This document shows positions 28,463 to 37,207 of a stretch of 64,000 nucleotides of DNA, piece by piece; the first letter of the stretch is position 1; every line of letters starts with the position of its first letter. The position numbers and the translations under genes were made by a program. The DNA is from Flavobacteriaceae bacterium. GTDB lineage: Bacteria > Bacteroidota > Bacteroidia > Flavobacteriales > Flavobacteriaceae. Location of the stretch: NCBI GenBank assembly GCA_029252265.1, contig JAQXBT010000001.1, positions 3,286-67,285 on the forward strand, given 5' to 3'. The notes under the pieces were generated by a model that saw nothing but the letters and a program-made list of their open reading frames with translations, was not told the origin of the DNA and made no database searches.

Positions 28463-31400
28463 ATGAAAAAAGCATCTTATTACGTACTGATTGCTTTTCT
28501 GTTTGTCGCATCAGCTTCAGCTCAGAATATCACAGTCAACGGAACTGTAACATCAAGCGGTGATGGTTTACCTCTTATAGGAGTAAATGTGAAGGTTCAA
28601 AACACCAACACAGGCGCGGTGTCTGACTTTGATGGAAACTTCTCCATATCAAATGTAGTACCCGGAGCCGTTTTAGAATTCACCTATTTAGGATTCGAAT
28701 CAAAAGAATTGCCAGCGCAATCCAAAATGAGCATTGCTCTTACTGAAGACAACGAATCTTTAGAAGAAGTTGTTTTAATTGGATATGGCTCACAAAGAAA
28801 AAGTGATTTAACAGGATCTGTTTCAGTCGTAAGCGCTGAGACCCTCGAAAAATTAAAGCCAATTGATGCCGCTCAAGCTTTACAAGGAACAACTGCAGGG
28901 GTCACAGTATCTTCAGCGTCTGGTTCGCCAGGAAGTGGATTCAATATTTTAATTCGTGGGGTTAGTAGTAATGGTAACAATCAACCGTTATTAATTGTCG
29001 ATGGTTATGAAGGAAATCTAAACAGTTTAAATCCAGATGACATTGAAACTTTAACAGTCCTAAAAGATGCACAAGCAGCGATTTATGGAATTAAGGGTGC
29101 TAACGGCGTTATCTTAGTGACTACCAAAAAAGGTAAGAAAAATTCAGCTCCAACGCTGACTTACAGTACTTACTCAGGAACACAAGAAACATCAAAAAAA
29201 TTAAATTATTTAAATGCTTCCGAGTATGCAGCCTTAGTAAACGAGTCGTACGCAGCAGGAGGTCAATCCTTACCATATACAGACATCAGTGGTCTTGGTG
29301 AAGGAACGGACTGGCAAGATCAAATATTTGAAACGGCTTCAATGACCAATCATAATATTGGTTTATCAGGAGGTACGGAAAACGTTACTTATTACTTAGG
29401 GGCTTCCAATCTTAAACAAGACGGAATTATAGCGCCTGAAAAATCTAAATTTGAACGTAGCAATATAAAATTGAGCTTAGGCGTAGATGTTAATGACAAT
29501 CTTAAAGTCTCTACAAATTTAAATTACTTTGCAGTTGATAGAAAAACCATAAACGAAAACGGGCTAGGATCTGTATTGTTTAATGCGCTTAACTATTCTC
29601 CATTATTTGAAATTGATCAAGAAGATGTAAATGGATTATTCGGAAATGAAATCATCAATCCATTGTCACAAGCTAGAGATACTTACAACTCCTATTTTGG
29701 AAATAGTATTGAAGGTAATTTTCAAATTGACTACAAGTTAATGGAAGGATTAACCGTCACTTCTCGAATTGGATTTAAAACTTTTGCTGACAAAAGCAAA
29801 TCCTTTGCTCCTATAGCAACCTATGGCGCTGGTAAAGTCTTTAATAATGACCGTAGTACTGTAAGTCAAAATAAAGTTCAAAACCATTCTTATACATGGG
29901 AAGCGTTTGCAGTCTATAAAAAATCATTTGCCGATGCACACAACTTTGCAGTGACGGTTGGTCATAGTGCTCAAAAATTCTGGGGTGATGGATTATTCGC
30001 AACTGGTTTTGATGTGCCAAACAACTCTTGGGATTTCGCAGACATTGCATTAACCACAGGTACTAGTGAAGCGAAATCAAATGGCTCTTATATATATGAC
30101 AATAGATTAACGTCTTTCTTTGGCCGTTTTCAATATGATTATAAAGGAAAGTATTTAATTTCCGGAATGGTACGTAGAGATGGATCCTCTGATTTTTCAC
30201 AAGCAAATAGATTTGATCAATTTAACTCTGTAACGGCAGGTTGGAAAATTTCTGACGAATCATTTTTAAAAGATAACAGTGTGATTAATTTCTTAAAATT
30301 AAGAGGAAGTTACGGAACGCTTGGTAACAATGTCGGTGGTAATTTGTTTAGAGCTGCTTTAAGTGGAGAAGGTGTTTATGTCTTTGACAACGCATTAACC
30401 ATAGGTGCTGCACTAGGTCCATTACCAAACTCAAATGCAACATGGGAAACCGCTGAAAAAACCGATATCGGTTTAGACATGAAGTTATTTAATAGCAAAG
30501 TTGAAATAGTAGCTGATTACTTTTTAGAAGATCGAGAAGACCTTCTGATTGGTGGGCTACCTGTTTCAGGGCTTTTAGGGACATCTGCACCAGGGTCAGG
30601 GTCACCAACAGTCAATGCGGGAACCACTCGCTCGGAAGGAGTAGAGTTTTTAATAAGTTATAATGATAATATTTCGGATGATTTATCATTTGGGATTAGC
30701 TATAACGTGACCAAAGTAGAGGGGACGGTTACTGCTATTAATGGCGATGTCCCATTACAAGGCGGAAGCTTTGGAGTTGGACAACCAGCACCATCACGTA
30801 TGGAAGTTGGACAGCCAATCGGGTATTTTTACGGACTTCAATCAAATGGAATTTTTCAATCGCAAGCAGAAGTGGATGCACATCCGTCTCAAATGGGCTT
30901 AGGAAACGCATCAGCACCTGGTGATATTCGATTTGTAGATACTAATAATGATGGCCAGATAGACAGCAATGATAGAACCTTTATTGGAAAACCTTTAGCA
31001 GACTATTATATGGGTTTCAATCTTTCTTTAAATTTTAAAGGCTTTGATTTTTCTGCATATACCTATGCAGAAGTTGGAAAAGACATGGTTCGAAATTATG
31101 AAAGAGACCAACCTAACGTGAATCGTTTGGATTTATACTTAGACCGATGGACAGGAGCAGGAACAAGTAACTCTGTGCCTAGAGCAACCACTGGAGCAAC
31201 CAATAATAAATTGTTCTCAGACTTTTTTGTAGAAGATGCATCATTTGTAAGAATTCAAAACATTCAATTGGGGTATAGTCTACCAGCAGATGTTATCAGT
31301 AACATTGGGATGTCTAAATTCAGAATCTATGCGTCAGTTAACAATGCCTTTACGTTTACAAACTATGAAGGTTTTGATCCTGCAGCAACGACAGGACAAG

Positions 31401-31477
31401 CAATTGGAGGTGGTATTGATTATGGTTTTTATCCAGTATCAAGACAATATTTATTAGGACTTAATATTTCATTTTAA
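28463..31477 (+). CDS. susC: SusC/RagA TonB-dependent transporter (PUL-B, laminarin type)
   Basis: 1004 aa; LEEVVLIGYG, LNPDDIETLTVLKDAQAAIYGIKGANGVILVTTKKG, RRDGSS, TWET, C-terminal GLNISF. Confidence 0.95.
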   Translation: MKKASYYVLIAFLFVASASAQNITVNGTVTSSGDGLPLIGVNVKVQNTNTGAVSDFDGNFSISNVVPGAVLEFTYLGFESKELPAQSKMSIALTEDNESLEEVVLIGYGSQRKSDLTGSVSVVSAETLEKLKPIDAAQALQGTTAGVTVSSASGSPGSGFNILIRGVSSNGNNQPLLIVDGYEGNLNSLNPDDIETLTVLKDAQAAIYGIKGANGVILVTTKKGKKNSAPTLTYSTYSGTQETSKKLNYLNASEYAALVNESYAAGGQSLPYTDISGLGEGTDWQDQIFETASMTNHNIGLSGGTENVTYYLGASNLKQDGIIAPEKSKFERSNIKLSLGVDVNDNLKVSTNLNYFAVDRKTINENGLGSVLFNALNYSPLFEIDQEDVNGLFGNEIINPLSQARDTYNSYFGNSIEGNFQIDYKLMEGLTVTSRIGFKTFADKSKSFAPIATYGAGKVFNNDRSTVSQNKVQNHSYTWEAFAVYKKSFADAHNFAVTVGHSAQKFWGDGLFATGFDVPNNSWDFADIALTTGTSEAKSNGSYIYDNRLTSFFGRFQYDYKGKYLISGMVRRDGSSDFSQANRFDQFNSVTAGWKISDESFLKDNSVINFLKLRGSYGTLGNNVGGNLFRAALSGEGVYVFDNALTIGAALGPLPNSNATWETAEKTDIGLDMKLFNSKVEIVADYFLEDREDLLIGGLPVSGLLGTSAPGSGSPTVNAGTTRSEGVEFLISYNDNISDDLSFGISYNVTKVEGTVTAINGDVPLQGGSFGVGQPAPSRMEVGQPIGYFYGLQSNGIFQSQAEVDAHPSQMGLGNASAPGDIRFVDTNNDGQIDSNDRTFIGKPLADYYMGFNLSLNFKGFDFSAYTYAEVGKDMVRNYERDQPNVNRLDLYLDRWTGAGTSNSVPRATTGATNNKLFSDFFVEDASFVRIQNIQLGYSLPADVISNIGMSKFRIYASVNNAFTFTNYEGFDPAATTGQAIGGGIDYGFYPVSRQYLLGLNISF

Positions 31478-31487
31478 AAATAACACG

Positions 31488-32969
31488 ATGAAAAATAACA
31501 AAAACATATTTTCAACAATTCTAGCATTCGTTTTTATTGCGACTGGAATTTACTCTTGTTCAGATAAATTTTTGGATGAGGTAGAAAGCTATAACATTGA
31601 TTCAGAGGGTTACTTTAATTCTGAAGATGATTATTACATGGCACTTATTGGTGCTTATGACTTATTACAAGCCTCCTACGTAAATGTATTGTTAGGAGAA
31701 ATTGCTTCTGATAACACTTTATGTGGTGGTGAAAGCGCTACGGATGTGATCGGTTTTCAACAAATAGATGACATGACACACACTCAAGTTAATAACAACT
31801 TAAGAGATGTCTGGAACTGGATGTTTGCTGGAGTAAATCGTGCAAATTATATCTTAGAATTTAAAGATAAAATAGAGTTCGAAGGAAAAGAAGTCATTTT
31901 AGGAGAAGCTTCTTTTTTAAGAGCTTATTATAATTTTGAATTACTAAAATGGTTTGGAGGCATTCCACTAAAAGTAGACCAACGTTTTGCACCAGGAGAT
32001 GAATTGTCTATTCCAAGGTCAACACCTGCTGAAGTTTATGCACTTATCGAAAGTGATTTGAAATACGCGGTCAATAACTTAGAGTACGTAGCGCCTCAAA
32101 CAGGACGAGTGACCAAAGGCGCTGCCGAAGCGTTGCTTGGAAAAGCCTATTTGTATCAAAACAAATTTGCGGAAGCTGCCACCGTTTTAGATAACGTAAT
32201 CAATAATGGCCCTTATGATCTTGCATTAGATTATGCAACTATTTTTGAGAATGACGGTGAAAACGGAGTAGAATCAGTGTTTGAAGTACAATATACAGAT
32301 GCTGAAGGGGCCGGATTTGACTGTCTTCAATGTAGCGAAGGAAACGTTGCGGTTGGTTTCAACTCAATCCGTAATCATACTGGACCTACCTATGATTCAG
32401 GCTATAGTTTCAATGTGCCAACACAAGCAACCGTAGAAGTCTTTGAAGAAGGCGATTCTCGAAAAGAAGCATCAATTTTAGACATTGATGCTTGGGCAGT
32501 TTCAACTGGAGCAACTTTTGGAGTTGGATACGAGCATACAGGTTACTACAACCGTAAATACATAGCACGTAAAGGAGATCTAAATACAGGAGATCAAAAT
32601 TTAACCAATCCAAATAACTACCGATCCATTCGTTTTGCAGATGTACTGTTAATGGCAGCTGAAGCAAACAACAGAGGAAATGTAGATGATGCGAAAGCTC
32701 TGGCCTATTTAAACAGAGTTCGTGAACGTGCCTTTGGAGATTCAACACATAATGTGACAGCGACTGGTAGTGCATTAACGACCGCTATTTACCACGAAAG
32801 ACGGGTCGAGTTAGTAGGTGAAGGCCACCGCTTCTTTGATTTAGTACGTACAGGCGAAGCTGCTTCTAGTATAGAAGGCTTTGTAGCGGGTAAACACGAA
32901 TTATTTCCAATCCCTATTGAAGAGATTCAATTTTCTAACGGAAACTGGGCACAAAATCCAAACTATTAA
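31488..32969 (+). CDS. susD: RagB/SusD family lipoprotein (PUL-B)
   Basis: 493 aa; YSC-SD lipobox; GEASFLRAYYNF, IRFADVLLMAAEA, ERRVELVGEGHRFFDLVR, QNPNY. Confidence 0.93.
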   Translation: MKNNKNIFSTILAFVFIATGIYSCSDKFLDEVESYNIDSEGYFNSEDDYYMALIGAYDLLQASYVNVLLGEIASDNTLCGGESATDVIGFQQIDDMTHTQVNNNLRDVWNWMFAGVNRANYILEFKDKIEFEGKEVILGEASFLRAYYNFELLKWFGGIPLKVDQRFAPGDELSIPRSTPAEVYALIESDLKYAVNNLEYVAPQTGRVTKGAAEALLGKAYLYQNKFAEAATVLDNVINNGPYDLALDYATIFENDGENGVESVFEVQYTDAEGAGFDCLQCSEGNVAVGFNSIRNHTGPTYDSGYSFNVPTQATVEVFEEGDSRKEASILDIDAWAVSTGATFGVGYEHTGYYNRKYIARKGDLNTGDQNLTNPNNYRSIRFADVLLMAAEANNRGNVDDAKALAYLNRVRERAFGDSTHNVTATGSALTTAIYHERRVELVGEGHRFFDLVRTGEAASSIEGFVAGKHELFPIPIEEIQFSNGNWAQNPNY

Positions 32970-32981
32970 AAAAAGATAACT

Positions 32982-35063
32982 ATGAAAACAATAAAATATT
33001 TATTTAGTTTTTGTCTCGTTATATTAACCTTTGCGGGTTGTATCGAAGACGAAAAAGACCTAAGCTTTGTGACAAATGTGGTTGCTCCAACCGAAGTGTC
33101 AATGCTTTTTAACGTCACACAAGATAATTCGGGATTGGTAACCATCACTCCAGTAGCAGAAGGCGCTATTCTTTTTGATGTTACGTTTGGAGATGAAACC
33201 GAAGATCCATCGTCTTTAGAAAATGGTGAAAATATTTCACATACCTATGCCGAAGGGACGTACACAGTAAGCGCAACCGCTTATGGAATTACAGGCCTAG
33301 AAACAACAGTTGCTCAGGAGCTTGTGGTTTCGTTTAAAGCACCTGCTAATTTAGCAGTCACAATCGAAAATGATGCAGCGATTTCTAAACGTGTCAATAT
33401 AACTGCAAACGCAGATTTTGCGGTTAGTTACGATGTACATTCTGGCGAAGAAAGTGCAACTGAGCCGGTTACGGCAAACATCGGAGATACAGTATCTTTA
33501 GATTACGCAGACGCTGGTACATACACCATTACTGTTGTAGCAATGGGAGCAGCTATTGAAACAACCACGTATACTGAAGAGTTCGAGGTTACCGCTATTG
33601 AAGCGCCATTAGTGTCCTCACCAGCACCTCCTTCTAGAGAAGAGGGAGATGTGATTTCAATTTACAGTGGTGCTTATACAAATATTACTGATGTTGATTT
33701 CTTTCCAAACTGGGATCAAACGACTTTATTCAATGAATTTGATTTAGAAGGGGATACAATGCTTCAGTATTCAGACCTCAACTATCAAGGAATTGATTTT
33801 ACCTCAAACCCGGTAGATGCATCCTCTATGGAATATATTCATGTTGACATTTGGACTTCAGATGAAAATGAAGCAATAATTTCTCCAATAAGTACTGGTC
33901 CAAATGAAACAGCTTATGAATTAGATTTAACAGCTCAACAATGGACTTCTTTTGACATACCTCTTTCAGTGTTCACAGATCAAAACCCAGATGTTGACTT
34001 CGCTGATGTTATTCAATTTAAACTAGAAGGTAGCCCTGTAGGAGGAGCAATCTTTGTAGATAACTTATATTTTTATAGAGACCCAGCAGGACCATCTCCA
34101 TTAATCGGTACCTGGAGAGTAGCTTCAGAAGCAGGATCATTAGGCGTTGGACCAACACAAGGAACCACAAACTGGTGGAGTATAACTGCTGATCAAGTTA
34201 TTGAAAGAACTTGTTTTCTTGATGACACTTATGTATTTGGAGCAGACGGAAGTTTTTCTAATGTTGTAGGGGATGATACTTGGTTAGAAACATGGCAAGA
34301 TGGTGTTGAAGAAGAAGCTTGTGGAGCTCCTGTAGCTCCACACAACGGAACCAATGCCGCCACTTTTAGTCATGATCAGCCTGGTGGAAACCTTACAATA
34401 ACTGGTTTAGGAGCTTATTTAGGATTGCCAAAAGTACACAATGGAGGTGAAGATGGAATACCCGTAAATAATACAATTACGTATTCAGTTACAATGGAGG
34501 ATTCAGACTCAATCACTCTCGAAATTGAAGCTGGCACTGGTGTTTGGTGGACCTATAAATTAGTCAAAGATGCTGCACCCCCGTCTCCTCTTGCAGGATC
34601 TTGGAGTGTCGTTTCAGAAGCAGGGTCATTAGGCGTTGGGCCAACACAAGGAACCACAAACTGGTGGAGTATAACTGCAGAGCAAGTCATCGAAAGAACT
34701 TGTTTCTTTGATGATACTTATGTGTTTGGAGCAGATGGAAGTTTTTCTAATGTTTTAGGCGCTGACAGTTGGTTAGAAACATGGCAAGTAGATGTTGAAG
34801 AAGAAGGTTGTGGTGCTCCTGTGGCTCCACACAACGGATCAAACGCTGCTACACATAGCTATGATGAAGTTGCTAGCACACTTACAATTACTGGCGCAGG
34901 TGCTTATTTAGGACTACCAAAAGTCAACAATGAAAATGAACTTGGAACACCTGTTGACGATACAATTACGTATTTAGTTACAATGGCGGATTCAAATACA
35001 ATGACTCTCGAAATTGAAGCTGGCACTGGTGTTTGGTGGACTTTCCTTCTTATTAAAAATTAA
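32982..35063 (+). CDS. Multimodular surface glycan-binding lipoprotein (Ig/PKD domains, one CBM-like module, two tandem GSLGVGP modules)
   Basis: 693 aa; FAGC-IEDE lipobox; DVISIYSGAY module; duplicated 163 aa C-terminal module; follows susD. Confidence 0.82.
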   Translation: MKTIKYLFSFCLVILTFAGCIEDEKDLSFVTNVVAPTEVSMLFNVTQDNSGLVTITPVAEGAILFDVTFGDETEDPSSLENGENISHTYAEGTYTVSATAYGITGLETTVAQELVVSFKAPANLAVTIENDAAISKRVNITANADFAVSYDVHSGEESATEPVTANIGDTVSLDYADAGTYTITVVAMGAAIETTTYTEEFEVTAIEAPLVSSPAPPSREEGDVISIYSGAYTNITDVDFFPNWDQTTLFNEFDLEGDTMLQYSDLNYQGIDFTSNPVDASSMEYIHVDIWTSDENEAIISPISTGPNETAYELDLTAQQWTSFDIPLSVFTDQNPDVDFADVIQFKLEGSPVGGAIFVDNLYFYRDPAGPSPLIGTWRVASEAGSLGVGPTQGTTNWWSITADQVIERTCFLDDTYVFGADGSFSNVVGDDTWLETWQDGVEEEACGAPVAPHNGTNAATFSHDQPGGNLTITGLGAYLGLPKVHNGGEDGIPVNNTITYSVTMEDSDSITLEIEAGTGVWWTYKLVKDAAPPSPLAGSWSVVSEAGSLGVGPTQGTTNWWSITAEQVIERTCFFDDTYVFGADGSFSNVLGADSWLETWQVDVEEEGCGAPVAPHNGSNAATHSYDEVASTLTITGAGAYLGLPKVNNENELGTPVDDTITYLVTMADSNTMTLEIEAGTGVWWTFLLIKN
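34092..35060 (+). repeat. Intragenic tandem duplication, two units with a 489 bp period
   Basis: Identical blocks CCAACACAAGGAACCACAAACTGGTGGAGTATAACTGC at 34152 and 34641, and ACTCTCGAAATTGAAGCTGGCACTGGTGTTTGGTGGAC at 34515 and 35004. Confidence 0.95.
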
Positions 35064-35074
35064 AAAAAAACATT

Positions 35075-36025
35075 ATGAAAAACTTAAAATATATAATTAG
35101 TTTGTGTCTAACGTTAGCACTTTTTACAAGTTGCGAGGACGACAACAATGAGTTTGGTTCTATTACGACTCCAACAAATGTACAAGTATCTGCAGAGATT
35201 GTAGGTCAAGATGCAGATAACCCTAACGGGGATGGTGAAGGTTTTGTGACTTTTACTGTCACCGCTGAAAATGGAATTACGTATCAATTTAATTTTGGAG
35301 ATGGCAACTCAGAGGTGGCAGCTTCTGGAGTTGTAACGCATCGATATTCTAAAACGGGTGTGAATGATTACACTGTAATTATTAATGCTGTTGGAACTGG
35401 AGGCGTGTTGTCAAGTACTTCTGTAGACGTTCGTGTATTTAGTTCTTTCGAAGATTTGGAAGCACTAAGTTTTTTAGCTGGAGCTAATGAAGGCGATACG
35501 AAAACTTGGGTATGGGCTTCGGACATTCCTTTGCATATTGGACTTGGACCGGTTACGGAAGACTACGGCGGAGGAGAATTTGCATGGCCAAATTGGTGGA
35601 ATGCGATTGAAGCTAACGATCCAGAAAAATCGTGTATGTATACTAATGAATTTGTATTTACGAATACTGAAAATGGTTTAACATTTGAACAAACAGCTGG
35701 ACCTGCTTTTGTGCCAGGAGCCTATGCCTCAATTATAGGCGTCGGGGGCGATGCTTGCCACGACGAAACAGTTGCAACAACTATGTTTGGAGTTAAAAAT
35801 GTAGCATTCTCACCATCTTCTTCTAAAGCCGCAGTTGAGGGTTCTTATGACGATGTCCCTTACAGAATGACCAGTTTTCAGTTATCCGATGGCGGATTTA
35901 TGGGCTGGTACATTGGCGAAACAGTCTATGATATCATTTCAATTAGCGCTACAGAACTACATGTGAGATTTATCCAAGAAGGTGGAGGATTTGCATGGTA
36001 TGCTAAATACAAGGTTGCAAATTAA
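35075..36025 (+). CDS. Surface lipoprotein with a PKD/Ig domain and a HIGLGP beta-glucan-binding-type module
   Basis: 316 aa; FTSC-EDD lipobox; GQDADNPNGDG; KTWVW...HIGLGP...WW...C is related to the repeats in the upstream gene; no catalytic motif seen. Confidence 0.75.
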   Translation: MKNLKYIISLCLTLALFTSCEDDNNEFGSITTPTNVQVSAEIVGQDADNPNGDGEGFVTFTVTAENGITYQFNFGDGNSEVAASGVVTHRYSKTGVNDYTVIINAVGTGGVLSSTSVDVRVFSSFEDLEALSFLAGANEGDTKTWVWASDIPLHIGLGPVTEDYGGGEFAWPNWWNAIEANDPEKSCMYTNEFVFTNTENGLTFEQTAGPAFVPGAYASIIGVGGDACHDETVATTMFGVKNVAFSPSSSKAAVEGSYDDVPYRMTSFQLSDGGFMGWYIGETVYDIISISATELHVRFIQEGGGFAWYAKYKVAN

Positions 36026-36039
36026 TTAAATTAGCAAAC

Positions 36040-36073
36040 AAAAAAAAGAGGCGAAATTTCGCCTCTTTTTTTT
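36040..36073 (+). terminator. Intrinsic terminator inside PUL-B
   Basis: Perfect inverted repeat AAAAAAAAGAGGCGAA-AT-TTCGCCTCTTTTTTTT. Confidence 0.88.
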
Positions 36074-36093
36074 TAATTCTTAAATTTGAATTC

Positions 36094-37206
36094 ATGAAAC
36101 ACTCAACTATTTTAACTCTTTTTTTTACGCTTCTAGTAGGATTCTCTATTGCAGGCTGCTCTTCTAGCGATGACGGTTCTTCAGGCGAAGGGAACGGCGA
36201 CGACGGAAATGAACAAGGGATCGTTCCCACGAATATTGTGGCCACAATTGACATCCAAGGACAAGATGCTGACAATCCTCAAGGCGATGGTTCGGGTATT
36301 TTTAGTGGTACGGTCACAGCAACCGATGCGGTTAGTTATGGATTTAAAGTTGGCAGTGGAACAGAAACCAAAAATACAACAGGTGTTTTTTCTTACACCG
36401 TTAACTCCTCAGGAACCAACCAATTGGCGGTTACTTTTTATGCCTATTCAATAGATGATGAAAAAATAAGTACCAGTAAAACACTGACTGTTTTTGTAGA
36501 AGGCGGCACGACGGGAGGTTCTGGAAATAACGACACGCTTGTGTGGTCCGATGAGTTTGACGGAAACGGCAGCATTAATACCAGCGATTGGAATTATGAA
36601 CTTGGCGCTGGAGGCTGGGGAAATCAAGAAGTCCAAAAATACACCAACAACTCTCAAAATGTATTTATTGAAAATGGAATTTTAAACATAAAAGCCATTA
36701 AAGAAACAGACGGCACCTATACCTCGGGTCGTATTACAACTCAAAATAAAGTAGATTTTAAATATGGACGTATTGATATACGTGCAAAACTTCCTTCTGT
36801 TGCCGGAACGTGGCCTGCACTCTGGATGCTTGGTGCAAATTTTGGGTCTTTAGGCTGGCCCTATTGTGGCGAAATTGACATTATGGAGCAATTCGAAGAT
36901 AAGACGTATATCCAATCAACTTGTCATTGGAATAACAATAACTCTACCGCTAGTTATGGACTTCCTATAGATTTAGCGACCCCTACAGAATTTCATGTGT
37001 ATTCGTTAGAATGGAATGCTGGCAGCATCAAAGCATTATTAGACGGAGTACAATTTTACTCAATATCAACAAGTAGTGCGATGCCTTTTGATGCGAACTT
37101 TTTCTTTATATTTAATCTTGCGATGGGTGGGTCCAATGGCGGCACAATAGACCCTAATTTTACTTCGGACAGTATGGAAGTTGATTATGTGAGAGTTTAC
37201 CAATAA
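36094..37206 (+). CDS. GH16 (GH16_3-like) endo-beta-1,3-glucanase/laminarinase lipoprotein
   Basis: 370 aa; IAGC-SSSDD; LVWSDEF, GWGNQE, WPALWMLG, WPYCGEIDIMEQ, MEVDYVRVYQ. Confidence 0.93.
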   Translation: MKHSTILTLFFTLLVGFSIAGCSSSDDGSSGEGNGDDGNEQGIVPTNIVATIDIQGQDADNPQGDGSGIFSGTVTATDAVSYGFKVGSGTETKNTTGVFSYTVNSSGTNQLAVTFYAYSIDDEKISTSKTLTVFVEGGTTGGSGNNDTLVWSDEFDGNGSINTSDWNYELGAGGWGNQEVQKYTNNSQNVFIENGILNIKAIKETDGTYTSGRITTQNKVDFKYGRIDIRAKLPSVAGTWPALWMLGANFGSLGWPYCGEIDIMEQFEDKTYIQSTCHWNNNNSTASYGLPIDLATPTEFHVYSLEWNAGSIKALLDGVQFYSISTSSAMPFDANFFFIFNLAMGGSNGGTIDPNFTSDSMEVDYVRVYQ

Positions 37207-37207
37207 A

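Noticed and set aside
34092-35060. Identical 38 nt blocks considered as CRISPR repeats or a DGR template/variable pair
   Set aside because: They are in-frame parts of a 489 bp domain duplication; there are no spacers, cas genes or reverse transcriptase.
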